This document shows positions 1 through 10,900 of a stretch of 64,000 nucleotides of DNA, piece after piece. Numbering within the stretch: the stretch's first letter is position 1; each line of letters opens with the position of its first letter. The stretch spans positions 64,001-128,000 of the forward strand of contig JBEIPA010000010.1 in assembly GCA_040377305.1 (NCBI GenBank), given 5' to 3'. The notes beneath the pieces were generated by a model. It did not search any database, was not told where the DNA came from, and was given only the letters and a program-made list of their open reading frames with translations. The position numbers and the translations under genes are program-made. The DNA is from Flavobacteriales bacterium. Lineage in GTDB: Bacteria; Bacteroidota; Bacteroidia; Palsa-965.

Positions 1-3000
1 CTGAACCTGCTGTTGCCTGTGAAGGAAAATCATGACGCGTAATTACAACGGTATCTGCAAGAGACGGGCAAGTTCCATTCGATGTTGTCCACACAAATTC
101 GTTCACGCCTACTCCTAGCTGAGTAACCGGAGTGACTGGTGAATTTGGATTTGCAATAACACCGCTGCCGGAAATCAAGGTCCAAAGTCCTGAACCAATT
201 ACTGGTGTATTCCCATTCAACGTATCTGTTGGCGAACAACGGGAATGATCGACACCGGCGTTCGGAATTGTTGCAGTAGGATCGACTACAAAAATGACCA
301 GATCGTTTGACGAAGGACAAACTCCGTTTGAAGTTGTCCATTGAAAAATATTTACGCCAACCGGAATGCCCGTTACATTGCTCGTAGGCAAAGTAGGATT
401 CGTGATAACACCCGTACCTGCAATTACAGACCAGAGGCCCGTTCCAACTAACGGCGTATTTCCATTGAGTTGCTGCGTGGAAGAGCAGATCGTTAAATCA
501 GATCCTGCATCGGCTGTTGTTGGATTCTCATCTACTGTGATCGTAACCTGATCTGTTGACGAAGGACATGTACCATTGGAAATTGTCCACTGGAAAATAT
601 TGTTTCCTATGCCCAGAGAATTTACGCTGGTATTATCGGATGCAGGTGACACGATATTTCCACTTCCCGTAACGAGTGTCCACACACCGGTTCCGGTTGC
701 CGGATTGTTCGCATTTAAAAACGCAGAAGCAGAACACAAGGTCTGGTCACTTCCGGCAACTGAAGTACTCGGCATTGCATCAACGGTAATCGTTACCTGA
801 TCGTTAGATGATGGACAAGTGCCGTTTGAAATTGTCCATTCGAAAATATTATTGCCAACTCCAAGCGCAGTAACAGCAGAATTTTCGGATGCTGGATTCG
901 CAATCGTTCCTGAACCCGAGATGAGTGTCCACATTCCTGATCCCGAAACAGCTGCATTTCCATTCAGTGTTGCATTCGAACTGCAAATGGTTTGATCAGC
1001 TCCCGCAACAGAGATAGTCGGCACAGAATCAACCGTAATTGTGACCTGATCAGAGGAAGACGGACAAACTCCATTAGAGATTGTCCATTGAAAAACATTC
1101 ACTCCAACTCCAAGAGAATTTACGGTGGTATTTTCGTTGGTAGGATTTGTAATTGTTCCGATACCTGAAACAAGTGTCCACAATCCAGTTCCGGTGATCA
1201 CATTGTTTGCATTCAGAAATGCACTGCTGTTACACAACGTCTGATCACTTCCCGCTGCAGCGGTATTCGGTGCTGCATCACGCGTAATTGTTACCTGGTC
1301 TGAAGATGAAGGACAGGTTCCATTGGAAATGGTCCATTCGAAAACATTGTTACCAACACCGAGTCCGGTTACACCTGAATTCTCTAAAGAAGGATTTGAC
1401 ACTGTTCCTGTTCCGGAAACAAGTGTCCACGAACCTGTACCGATTGTAGGAACATTTCCGTTCAGGGTTGCACTCGAACTGCAAATCGTTTGATCAACTC
1501 CGGCAACAGAGGTAGTCGGCATTGCATCAACTGTAATCGTCACCTGATCTGTTGATGAAGGACATGTTCCGTTTGAAACCGTCCATTGAAAAACGTTCGC
1601 ACCTACACCGAGTGAATTCACAGTCGTGTTGTCGCTGTTTGGAGTTACAATGGTGCCGGTACCTGTCACGAGCGTCCACAAACCTGTACCCACTGTAGGA
1701 TTGATCGCATTCAAAAATGCCGTCGAACTGCACAAGGTTTGATTGCTTCCTGCAAAAGCTGTACTCGGATTTGCATCACGCGTAATCGTAACCTGATCAC
1801 TTGACGATGGACATGTACCACTGGAGATTGTCCACTGAAAAACATTGTTACCCACTGCTAAACCGGTGATTCCTGAACTTGCCGAATTCGGAGTAGTGAT
1901 TGTTCCTGAACCCGATATCAATGTCCATGTTCCGGTGCCCGTAGTTGGAACATTTCCATTCAACGTTGCGGTTGATGCGCAAACGTTTTGATTCGCTCCC
2001 GCATTCGCAGTAGTTGGAAACGGATCAACTGTAATCGTCACCTGATCTGTTGATGAAGGGCATGTACCGTTTGAAACCGTCCACTGAAAAACATTCGCAC
2101 CTACACCAAGTGAATTCACAGTCGTGTTGTCGCTGGTTGGAGTTACAATGGTGCCTGTACCTGTTACGAGCGTCCAGAAACCCGTACCAACTGTAGGATT
2201 GATCGCATTCAAAAATGCCGTCGAACTGCACAACGTTTGATTTGATCCTGCATTGGCCGTTGTAGGATTTGCATCACGAGTAATTGTCACCTGATCACTT
2301 GATGATGGACATGTTCCGTTGGTGATGGTCCACTGAAAAACATTCGGACCAATTCCAAGTCCGGTAATATTGGAGCTCGGTGATGACGGTGTTGTAATCG
2401 TTCCGTTTCCTGAAACAAGTGTCCACGTCCCGATTCCAATCGCTGGCGTATTCCCGGATAGTGTTACAGTTGAGCTGCACAACGTTTGATCGGCGCCTGC
2501 GTTTGCTGTTGTAGGTACTGCGTGTTGTGTAATTGTCACCTGATCTGTCGAAGATGGACAAACACCGTTCGTAATCGTCCATTGGAAAACATTAGGTCCT
2601 ACTCCAAGCAGCGTGACACCTGAATTCGCAGCTCCCGGTGTAGTGATTGTTCCCGTACCTGAAATCAAGGTCCATATTCCTGTTCCAACCGCAGGTACGT
2701 TACCAGCGAGTGTTGCATTTGGACTACACAATGTTTGATCACCTCCTGCAGCGGCTGTTGTGGGTGAAGCATCGCGTGTGATGGTGACCTCATCAAAACT
2801 CACACATCCTCCATTGGTAATTGTCCAACGAAAAACATTTGCTCCGATCCCTAATGCAGTGACACCGGAATTTTGCGAAGATGGAGTTGTAATGTTTCCT
2901 GCTCCGGAAATTAATGTCCATAATCCGGAGCCGCTCGATGGTGTGTTTCCATTCAGCGTCGCAGTCGATGCACACACCGTTTGGTCTATTCCTGCATTTG

Positions 3001-4423
3001 AAACAGTAACACCACACAATATTTTTGCAATGAAAATATCTTCACTGCTTGCAGATAGCGATGGTGTTGCGCCGAATGTTGTGTTGTTTGATTTGAAATA
3101 ACCGGTTACATAAACCGCATTCGGATACGAAGCTGAGATTCCATATCCTATTTCATCATCTGTACCCGTTGCACGCAACCCGCTAACAAAAACACCAGCA
3201 GAGTTGTAAGTTGACACAAATACATCCTCTGAGCTCGAGGTTACTGCAGGGCCTGAACCAAATGGCAAGGTGCCGTTCCAGGAGCCCGTTGCATATACAT
3301 TTCCAAAAGGTGAACAACTGATTTCATAAACATGATCGTCGCCTTGTCCGTTTTCAGAAACAGCCCATCCGTAATTTCCGGTTGTTGCGTCGTATTTAAT
3401 AATGCATCCATCATGATTGTTTGCTGTCGTAATAGTTGCCACAACTGTAACGCCCGAATTATAAAGGTTCATTGTGTTGTCAAAGAACCCACCTACATAA
3501 ACCGCATTGCCACCTATCGTCAAACAATTGCCTTCATCGTTAGCACTGCTCCCCGCTCTGCGTTGCCACAATCCGGTTGTTCCGGTGAGATTGTACTTTA
3601 CAACGAAAATGTCCGTTCCACCAATTGAAGCAAGTGAACCCACCTGATTCTGAAACGTGATAGTTGCATTCGTATAAAAGCCACTAACATATACTCCCGA
3701 AGCATCAACAGCAATTCCGTCTCCCCTGTCGTTTCCTGATGAACCACCTTTCAGTGCCCATTGTTCAGTTCCGTTTGCGCAGGAGTATGCTGCAATGAAA
3801 ACATCTTCACCACCCGATGATGTGAGCGGCGTTAAAGCACCAAATGTTGCAGTACCCGAAAAATAACCGGTTACAAAAACGTTTGTGCCATTCGTACAAA
3901 CAGACAACGCCTCATCTGCATTCGAACACGCAACATGTTTAGCCCACAATACCTGTCCCGCGGAATTGTATTTGGCTATAAATGCGTCTTTGTTACCTGC
4001 TGCGTTAAGAACAATATTGCTACTCCCATAAAAAGTTGTAGAACTCTCCATTGAACCACACACGTAGCTATTTCCTGCTGCATCGGTTGTAATTCCAAAA
4101 CCCCGTTGTTCTCCGGTACCTGCAATTTTTACTGCCCAGATTCCGTTTCCATTCGAATCATATTTTGTAACGTAGGCATCATCATTCCCGGACGAAGTCA
4201 GACTATTTGCATCGAAATCGGGTGAACCTTTGAAGAATCCGGTGGACAGAGAATTTCCACTGGCATCTGTCGCAATCGACATTCCGCGCTGATCACTGCC
4301 ACCCACCACACCTTCTGACCAGGTCCAGCTTGGTTGCGCATAAAGCATAGCCGGCAATAGAAAAACCATTGCAATTAATCCCCACTTTGAGGAGTGTTTT
4401 CCACAAAACAACAACCTACGCAT
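1..4423 (-). CDS. Large secreted adhesin-like protein (partial, runs off window start): signal peptide, SBBP-type beta-propeller repeats, then about 12 tandem 83-aa Ig/PKD-like repeats; probable T9SS cargo
   Basis: Not in the ORF track because it has no stop in the window. Manual translation from ATG at 4423 gives MRRLLFCGKHSSKWGLIAMVFLLPAMLYAQPSWTW...SIATDASGNS. Repeats such as ANAGADQTLCS...GTGTWTLVSG...NVFQWTISNGTCPSSTDQVTIT recur every 249 bp. Frame not checked codon by codon over the whole length. Confidence 0.85.
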   Translation of the reverse strand, partial: MRRLLFCGKHSSKWGLIAMVFLLPAMLYAQPSWTWSEGVVGGSDQRGMSIATDASGNSLSTGFFKGSPDFDANSLTSSGNDDAYVTKYDSNGNGIWAVKIAGTGEQRGFGITTDAAGNSYVCGSMESSTTFYGSSNIVLNAAGNKDAFIAKYNSAGQVLWAKHVACSNADEALSVCTNGTNVFVTGYFSGTATFGALTPLTSSGGEDVFIAAYSCANGTEQWALKGGSSGNDRGDGIAVDASGVYVSGFYTNATITFQNQVGSLASIGGTDIFVVKYNLTGTTGLWQRRAGSSANDEGNCLTIGGNAVYVGGFFDNTMNLYNSGVTVVATITTANNHDGCIIKYDATTGNYGWAVSENGQGDDHVYEISCSPFGNVYATGSWNGTLPFGSGPAVTSSSEDVFVSTYNSAGVFVSGLRATGTDDEIGYGISASYPNAVYVTGYFKSNNTTFGATPSLSASSEDIFIAKILCGVTVSNAGIDQTVCASTATLNGNTPSSGSGLWTLISGAGNITTPSSQNSGVTALGIGANVFRWTITNGGCVSFDEVTITRDASPTTAAAGGDQTLCSPNATLAGNVPAVGTGIWTLISGTGTITTPGAANSGVTLLGVGPNVFQWTITNGVCPSSTDQVTITQHAVPTTANAGADQTLCSSTVTLSGNTPAIGIGTWTLVSGNGTITTPSSPSSNITGLGIGPNVFQWTITNGTCPSSSDQVTITRDANPTTANAGSNQTLCSSTAFLNAINPTVGTGFWTLVTGTGTIVTPTSDNTTVNSLGVGANVFQWTVSNGTCPSSTDQVTITVDPFPTTANAGANQNVCASTATLNGNVPTTGTGTWTLISGSGTITTPNSASSGITGLAVGNNVFQWTISSGTCPSSSDQVTITRDANPSTAFAGSNQTLCSSTAFLNAINPTVGTGLWTLVTGTGTIVTPNSDNTTVNSLGVGANVFQWTVSNGTCPSSTDQVTITVDAMPTTSVAGVDQTICSSSATLNGNVPTIGTGSWTLVSGTGTVSNPSLENSGVTGLGVGNNVFEWTISNGTCPSSSDQVTITRDAAPNTAAAGSDQTLCNSSAFLNANNVITGTGLWTLVSGIGTITNPTNENTTVNSLGVGVNVFQWTISNGVCPSSSDQVTITVDSVPTISVAGADQTICSSNATLNGNAAVSGSGMWTLISGSGTIANPASENSAVTALGVGNNIFEWTISNGTCPSSNDQVTITVDAMPSTSVAGSDQTLCSASAFLNANNPATGTGVWTLVTGSGNIVSPASDNTSVNSLGIGNNIFQWTISNGTCPSSTDQVTITVDENPTTADAGSDLTICSSTQQLNGNTPLVGTGLWSVIAGTGVITNPTLPTSNVTGIPVGVNIFQWTTSNGVCPSSNDLVIFVVDPTATIPNAGVDHSRCSPTDTLNGNTPVIGSGLWTLISGSGVIANPNSPVTPVTQLGVGVNEFVWTTSNGTCPSLADTVVITRHDFPSQATAGS
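30..3000 (-). repeat. Intragenic tandem repeats, 249-bp period
   Basis: An ACCTGATC-like motif followed by GTCCA(C/T)TG(G/A)AAAA recurs near 546, 795, 1043, 1293, 1541, 1790, 2040, 2289 and 2538. Confidence 0.9.
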
Positions 4424-4675
4424 CAGGCTGTAAGTATCAGTTTATCCCATCTTACACTATTGCGGTTATCACAATTTTCAACTTCTCTGTATACACTGAT
4501 TCAATTAAGATGCCATCGAAATCCGCAGAGTAATCATCGCCAAAAAACTTGCGCATCGTAAGAATGACCTATCAGATACCACCAAGCGTCGAGTTCTTCC
4601 AGATGAATTAAAACGCACCGATAAATTTGTCGCAGATGTAGCTTTCGCACATCACAACGATAAAACGCAAACGTT

Positions 4676-4984
4676 ATGAAACTGGCTCAACTCATTGAAC
4701 TCGACAAAGGATTCCAGGGTTATCTCGACCACGATCACTTCACGATCATTGCACCGGAAGGATCAGGAGCATTCGACGAATTTGTTCGCGAAGCAAAAAA
4801 TGAAACTGAAAATGCGGAAGAACCCGTCCTCGCCAACAAAGAGCGTGTGATGGAGATCATCCAAAACAAGTACATCGGAATGCCACTCACCATCTATTGG
4901 GTCACCAAACACTTCGGCGGCGGACTGCAGTTTAAGTCGCTGCAGGAGTATATTGAGCCGGGGAAGTATAGGCAGAGTGCGTAA
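4676..4984 (+). CDS. Hypothetical protein (102 aa)
   Basis: ATG-started ORF alone in an intergenic gap, globular-looking composition. Confidence 0.6.
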   Translation: MKLAQLIELDKGFQGYLDHDHFTIIAPEGSGAFDEFVREAKNETENAEEPVLANKERVMEIIQNKYIGMPLTIYWVTKHFGGGLQFKSLQEYIEPGKYRQSA

Positions 4985-5082
4985 TTGTCACTCTACAAGG
5001 GTTGCTTTAAGGGAGAATCGATATTAAAAGCGGTTCATTCTCAGCCTACAGCAGAAAATTATTGAAAATCAGCGTTTTTTCG

Positions 5083-5112
5083 TTTGCAAAATTGAAAAAA
5101 CGTGTATTTTTG
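5083..5112 (+). promoter_or_regulatory. Bacteroidota sigma-A promoter for tRNA-Asp
   Basis: TTTG at about 5083 and TATTTTTG at 5105-5112, upstream of the tRNA. Confidence 0.6.
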
Positions 5113-5151
5113 CGACCCCAAGCGGGTAAAACTGCAAAGGAATGACCTTAA

Positions 5152-5225
5152 GGATCGGTAGTTCAGCTGGTTAGAATATCGCCCTGTCACGGCGGAGGTC
5201 GCGGGTTCGAGTCCCGTCCGGTCCG
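5152..5225 (+). tRNA. tRNA-Asp(GTC), CCA not encoded
   Basis: GGATCGG/CCGGTCC acceptor stem, TAGTTCAGCTGGTTAGAA D arm, CTGTCAC anticodon loop, GGTTCGAGTCCC T arm. Confidence 0.97.
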
Positions 5226-5229
5226 CAAG

Positions 5230-5258
5230 AAGCTCTCAGAAATGAGGGCTTTTTTGTT
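5230..5258 (+). terminator. Rho-independent terminator after tRNA
   Basis: AGCTCTCA-GAAA-TGAGGGCT followed by a T run. Confidence 0.75.
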
Positions 5259-6341
5259 TTACCGCCCTCCCGCATTTATAAACCTCCGCAACTCGTCTTT
5301 GTTACCCGTAAAGCTCAACTTGTCGACCAGTTGGTAGTAGTTCTGCTTATCAGGACACTTTGCATAACAGTGTTTGAAAATTACCATTTTCTCTTCGTCG
5401 AACGAGAACTCGTCAGCGAATGCTTTCAGTTGCTCCACATTAAAGCAGCGGTCATTCGACATAGACTTAATTAGGAGAACCTGATCATCATCAAAACTCT
5501 TCGCCTTCACTTGTTGCAATAGTCCACTGAATGCCTGTGCGGAAACCACACATGGTGGTGTGAGATAAGCCACGCAGAAATTATTCCACTCATCTTTTTT
5601 CGCAGGAACAGCAAACATAGCGCCTGCATACGAATAATGTTCCTGATCGTACACGCGTGCAAATCCATTCTTCATGACACGCATGCGATTGTCTTCGTTC
5701 GTCAGCAAGCTTGCAAGCTTCATGTGTTGTGTAAGACTCATGCAGTTTGCAGTCATCGCGTTTTCGATGGCAACAATTTTAGATTCCTCTGTGGGCTGCC
5801 GAAAAACATTATTCGAAATGGTGCCGAACTGTTGCTCGGTAATCACCGGACCTGCACAACCTTTCGATCCTGTGGTGCGCACTGTATCCGGATAGAACCA
5901 GGTTGGATAAGTTGGGCTTTGCGCAGAGGACGGAGGCGGCGGTGGTGGTGTTACAATAACTGTATTTGTATTCACCGGACCGACTGGCTTGTAGTGCTCA
6001 ACGTGATCGTACAACCGCAATGCGTACGAGAATGTTGTAAACGCATCATACACCACGAAGAATGATGAGGTGTCTGTCACTTTTGGATATGCTCTTTCAC
6101 AAACGATGAGTCGGATAGAATCGGATGTGAACAATTGCGCAAGTGTTTTGAGCTGCTGTGAGCTCACACAATTTGCAGTTACAAACTGTTCGGCCTTCAC
6201 CTGCTTGCTTACATCTCCTCTGAGAATAGCAATCTGGTTAAAGTTCTGCTGAAATGTTTCGTTGGACACAGGCATACGGCATCGCTGTGCAGTAAGCATT
6301 CCGGAAGCGCAAATGAATGCGAGGAGTAGTATTTTCTTCAT
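5259..6341 (-). CDS. Secreted DUF4476-domain protein (three helical repeats)
   Basis: Signal peptide; three repeats of the type ...FDDDQVLLIK...CFNVEQLK...FSFDEEKM...YAKCPDKQNYY; Pro-rich linker. Confidence 0.8.
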   Translation of the reverse strand: MKKILLLAFICASGMLTAQRCRMPVSNETFQQNFNQIAILRGDVSKQVKAEQFVTANCVSSQQLKTLAQLFTSDSIRLIVCERAYPKVTDTSSFFVVYDAFTTFSYALRLYDHVEHYKPVGPVNTNTVIVTPPPPPPSSAQSPTYPTWFYPDTVRTTGSKGCAGPVITEQQFGTISNNVFRQPTEESKIVAIENAMTANCMSLTQHMKLASLLTNEDNRMRVMKNGFARVYDQEHYSYAGAMFAVPAKKDEWNNFCVAYLTPPCVVSAQAFSGLLQQVKAKSFDDDQVLLIKSMSNDRCFNVEQLKAFADEFSFDEEKMVIFKHCYAKCPDKQNYYQLVDKLSFTGNKDELRRFINAGGR

Positions 6342-6383
6342 AAGATGTGATTAGCTGCATGCAATTTACAACTCCCGTGCCAT

Positions 6384-7025
6384 TCACAGCTTCTTCTTGT
6401 CGGGATAGCGACAAATAGCAAACAGGCCGCATACTTCACATTTCGGATTACGTGCAAGACAAACATAACGTCCATGCAGAATAAGCCAATGATGTGCAGT
6501 TGCAATTCTGTTTTCCGGAATATGCTTCACGAGCTGCTGTTCGGTTTGCAGCGGATTCTTCGCGCCACGCGTTAATCCTAAGCGCGCACTCACACGAAAT
6601 ACATGCGTATCAACAGCCATCGCAGGTTTATCGTAAACTACAGATGCGATAACGTTCGCAGTTTTTCTGCCAACACCCGGAAGTTTTACGAGCTCATCAA
6701 TTTCAGATGGAACTACATTCTTAAAATCACTGACCAGCATCTTCGCCATACCCACAAGATGTTTCGCTTTGTTGTTGGGATATGAAATGCTCCTGATGTA
6801 CTGAAACACTTCGTCGGATGTTGCAGCTGCCAATGATTCTGCTTCCGGAAAACGTCTGAACAATTCCGGTGTTACCAGATTCACACGTTTGTCTGTACAC
6901 TGCGCAGATAAAATCACAGCAACCAGAAGCTCATACGGATTCGTGTACTGCAATTCCGTTTCAGCCACGGGCATGTTGGTCTCAAAGTAATTGACCACGT
7001 ATTCGAATCGTTCTTTGAGTTTCAT
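6384..7025 (-). CDS. nth: Endonuclease III
   Basis: ILSAQCTD, HhH motif LPGVGRKTANV, AVDTHVFRV, [4Fe-4S] motif CLARNPKCEVCGLFAIC. Confidence 0.97.
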   Translation of the reverse strand: MKLKERFEYVVNYFETNMPVAETELQYTNPYELLVAVILSAQCTDKRVNLVTPELFRRFPEAESLAAATSDEVFQYIRSISYPNNKAKHLVGMAKMLVSDFKNVVPSEIDELVKLPGVGRKTANVIASVVYDKPAMAVDTHVFRVSARLGLTRGAKNPLQTEQQLVKHIPENRIATAHHWLILHGRYVCLARNPKCEVCGLFAICRYPDKKKL

Positions 7026-7116
7026 TTACTTGTCACTTGAACATTGACCGTTGTGCGTTGAACATTTATCTAACAACATCAGTGCAAAGTAAAGGAACAA
7101 TGTTCAACGCACAATG

Positions 7117-7138
7117 CTTGTCCTGAGCTTGTCGAAGG
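7117..7138. repeat. REP-like palindromic element
   Basis: CTTGTCCTGAGCTTGTCGAAGG, related to copies at 21976, 22604, 23158 and 23356. Confidence 0.65.
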
Positions 7139-7163
7139 GTTCAAGTGTCAATTAGGACAAACG

Positions 7164-7200
7164 AAAAAGTCCCGACGATCTGACGATGTCGGGACTTTCT
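7164..7200 (-). terminator. Rho-independent terminator of the MORN-repeat gene
   Basis: AAAGTCCCGAC...GTCGGGACTTT hairpin. Confidence 0.7.
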
Positions 7201-7251
7201 CTATTGTGTTCTGACGATCAATAGATCTCAGAACACGCTGTGCTGATGTGC

Positions 7252-7779
7252 TTAGTGATTTTCGGTGCCGATGCTGTTTCCTTGCGCATCGTAGAATTTC
7301 CACTGACCAGTTTTGTTTCCATTGCTGTCGAAGGAACCTTCGTAATTCAGTTGACCATTTTCGTGATAGCCTTTCCAAACGCCGGTATGCTGCATTTCAG
7401 TGTTGATGTGACCTTCTTCAGCTTTCTGCCCATTCTGATGATAGAATACTGCAGTACCTGTTGTAAAGTTCATCTCCGTAGAAAGAACTCCGCTGTTGGT
7501 CCACGTTTTCCAAACACCAGTGCGAACACCGCTCATGGTGTAATATTCTTCTGCAATGAGAACACCAGACTCGGTCCAGTATTTCCATACTCCAACTTTA
7601 GCAACACCTGCAAGCTTCGTTGCTTTGGTCTCTTTGCTGTCGTTAGCGTCCAGACCAGGATTGGTGTTGTACTGACCTTGAACTGTTGTATTGCCGTTAG
7701 TTGCTGTCTCCGTGTAATTGTACTGCGCGAATGCAGTTGCGGACAACATTAAAGCGAAGCCTAAGAAGAGGTTTTTCAT
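7252..7779 (-). CDS. Secreted MORN-variant repeat protein (YwqK-like)
   Basis: Start reassigned to MKNLFLGFALMLSATAFAQ (signal peptide); repeats GVWKYWTESG, GVWKGYHENG, GQWKFYDAQG. Confidence 0.85.
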   Translation of the reverse strand: MKNLFLGFALMLSATAFAQYNYTETATNGNTTVQGQYNTNPGLDANDSKETKATKLAGVAKVGVWKYWTESGVLIAEEYYTMSGVRTGVWKTWTNSGVLSTEMNFTTGTAVFYHQNGQKAEEGHINTEMQHTGVWKGYHENGQLNYEGSFDSNGNKTGQWKFYDAQGNSIGTENH

Positions 7780-7924
7780 ATTACGTGTTTGCTTAATAAC
7801 AAAACTAAGAAATTGTGACCTCAAAAGCAACAAGATTTGTGCCTGTTTTTCAACTGAATACAACGACATTGTTGCGAATCGGTCAGTCACGATGACCCGT
7901 GTTCAAGGTGCGTGCGTACCCGAC

Positions 7925-7963
7925 AAAAAAAGGGTTCGATTGCCGCAGCAGACCGAACCCTTT
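7925..7963 (-). terminator. Rho-independent terminator of the PKD gene
   Basis: AAAAAAAGGGTTCG...CGAACCCTTT hairpin. Confidence 0.7.
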
Positions 7964-7984
7964 CTCAAAACCAAAAACCAAAAA

Positions 7985-10900
7985 TTATCTGATCAGTGAA
8001 ACGTGACCGATGTACTTGTGTCGCTTATCGAACACGTCAGTAATTGCCACTTTCCACACGTATGTATCAATCTGGCAGAGATCGCCGCCTTTTCCTTGTA
8101 CAGTTCCATCCCAGGTCGTGTTGATATCGGTACAAGTAAAGATCAGGTTGCCCCAACGATCGAAGATCCACATTTCATACTTCGCAATGCCGATTCCGGT
8201 ACCAAAGAACACATCGTTGATTCCGTCACCATTCGGAGTGAATGCATTCGGAATGTAGAATGTAAACTCAGGTTGTACTTCGATCGTGAGTGTAGTGTCA
8301 TCAATACATCCATACACGTTCTCGACCTGCAGGTTAACCTGATAGAACGATCCGTACTCCTGCGTGTAATCGTAGAACGAGTGTTGAGTTGTTGCAGTGT
8401 CACCAAGTGTCGCACCGTCACCGAAATCCCAGAACCACGAAACAGGACTGCCTTGCGACTGATCTGTAAATTCAACGTGTGTTTGTGATACAGTAGTTAC
8501 CATCGGCGTTGCAGTGAAGATTGCAGTTGGCGTCGGATACACTTCAATCATATTCGGGAACACCTGCGTCTGTACACAACCCTGATTAGAAGTGGTAGTC
8601 AACGTTACTGTGTAAATTCCGGTAAGTGCATAACAGTGACTCGGGTTCTGCGTGAAGCTTTGCGGTGAACCATCACCGAAATCCCACGTCCAGCCTGTGA
8701 TCGATCCGCTTGCAATTGTAGTCTGATCCTGGAAGTTCACACACAGTACAGGACATCCTGCGAAATCATCAGCTGTGAAAAGAACTACAGGTTGCGGAGC
8801 AGTTACTGCCTGAAGTATAATCGTATCAAGACAACCATTCGAGTTCTGCACGACCAACGTTACGTTGTATGTAGAATCGTTAGTGTATGTATGCGTAGGG
8901 TTCTGCCCCACTCCAAACGGAGATCCGTCGCCGTAGTCCCAGCCCCATACAGTAAGGTTACCTGAACCAGCCACAGACATATCTGTGAATGTGGTCGGGC
9001 TTCCGATACAAACAGTATTCGCAGTGAAATTCGCCGTTGGATTTGCATTGACAGTTACGTTATTAGTCAACGTTGAAGTACATCCATTGTTTGATGTAAC
9101 TGTCATCGTAACTACATACGCACCTGCGAGCGGATAAGTAAACGTCGGGTTCTGCAGGTCAGAAGTATCTGCTGTTGATGCAGCAATACCGAAGTCCCAC
9201 GACCAGTTGGTAATGTTACCGCTCGAAATCACAGACTGATCAGTGAATGAAGTAACCGCGCCTTCGCATACCGTAGTTGAAATGAATGCTGGTGCAGGTC
9301 CCGGTGCTACGGTTACAATAACTTGCGCCGTATCGAAACAGTTCGATGTTGGTTCTGCCGTCAACGTTACAGTATAGGTGCCTGGATTCAGGTACGTATA
9401 CGTAGGATTCTGCAGCAAACTTGTATCTCCCAATGTCGAAGGATCACCGAAGTTCCAGAAATAGTTCGCAGAATTCTGTGAGTTGTTGGTGAACGCCATT
9501 GGTGTATTCGTACAAACCGTTGTTGCAGAGAATGCCGCCACCGGTGAAGGTCCAACGTTGATAATCTGTGTGGTTGTGTGCGGACATCCGAACGTTGAGT
9601 TCGTAACCAACGTAACCGTGTACTGACCTGACGTAGTGAACGTGTGCGATGGATTCAGCAACGTCGAGGTGTTGTTACCACCCGATGCAGGATCACCGAA
9701 ATTCCAGGCGTACGACGAAATAGTATCCGTTGAACCAATAGTTGATGTTGCCGTGAAATTCACCGTTTGTCCACCGCATATCTGGTTATAGATAAACGAT
9801 GAAGTCGGTACAGCATGTACAGTAACCGTTGTACTGAATGTTGACGGACATGGTGATGTACCTGCAGTTAATAATACCGTATATGTACCCGCATTCGGAT
9901 ATGTATACGTTGGGTTCTGCACGTTGCTCGAGTCATTCGTCACACTTGGATCACCGAAATGCCACGACCATGTAGACGGGTTGATTGTGGTATCCGTAAA
10001 TACCATAGGACTACCTACGCACACATCATTTTGCGTGAATCCTGCAAGTCCACCGTTGCCGGGGTTAACGACTGCCGAGGCGGAATCGCGGCAGCCACCC
10101 TGGGTGACGACGTATAGCCAGACTGTATAAGGTCCAGGTGGCGTGTACGTGTAACTCGGCGACGTGAGTATGGATGTGTCGCCTGGTATGGCGGGATCAC
10201 CGAAGTCCCAGAAATACGTCATGGTTCCGCTCGAGACCGTACTCGTATTATTAAAGGTGTAGTTTGGACTACAAGGCGGGAAGGTTGGATTGAATGAAGC
10301 AATTGGTTGCGGATACGCTCCGATGTTAACGTTCAGATACGTTGTACATCCAGTTACCGAGATCATCTCTACATAATAGTTACCGGGAGTATTGACGACT
10401 AATGAATCGGCTGTACCTAACGAGGAGGCTGGCGGAACACCGAGTGTCCAGTTATAACTCGATGCACCCGGAGGAGCATTAATGGTAACAGAATTACCTG
10501 CACACAGAGAATCGCTCAGCGCCAATGTGAACGGTAAGCAGGAGCAATCGACATACGCATAGCCATAGTGACCGGCATAAATACAACCGGCAACTGTAAA
10601 GCGAATAGTTACGTTCGCCGCGACGAAAGTACTCAGGTCAATATTGACAGTCGTCCAAGGTTTATAGAACGTACCAACTCCGCAAGGCTGGAAACCTGCA
10701 ATTGATCCACCCGCTTCAACATAATATTGAGAGCATGGAACAAGGTTACCCGACTGATCGAACATTTCAATTTTGAAATACGGTTGTTCACCAGCTGAGT
10801 GTCCACCATCGTTCAAGACTACTGCATACTGATAAGTAAATGAAGTGTTGCCCGGAGCAACTGTGAATGTCTGCTCAAGAATTTCTCCCTGATAATTTGC

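Noticed and set aside
4676-5258. Integrated element at tRNA-Asp
   Set aside because: No integrase and no duplicated tRNA 3' end seen; flanking genes look chromosomal.
7252-7779. Toxin-antitoxin system from the YwqK-like call
   Set aside because: No adjacent toxin; the protein has a signal peptide and generic MORN-variant repeats.
7811-7824. AATTGTGACCTCAA, resembling half of an ORF6N-type site
   Set aside because: Only one arm is present and it lies in a promoter region; probably chance.
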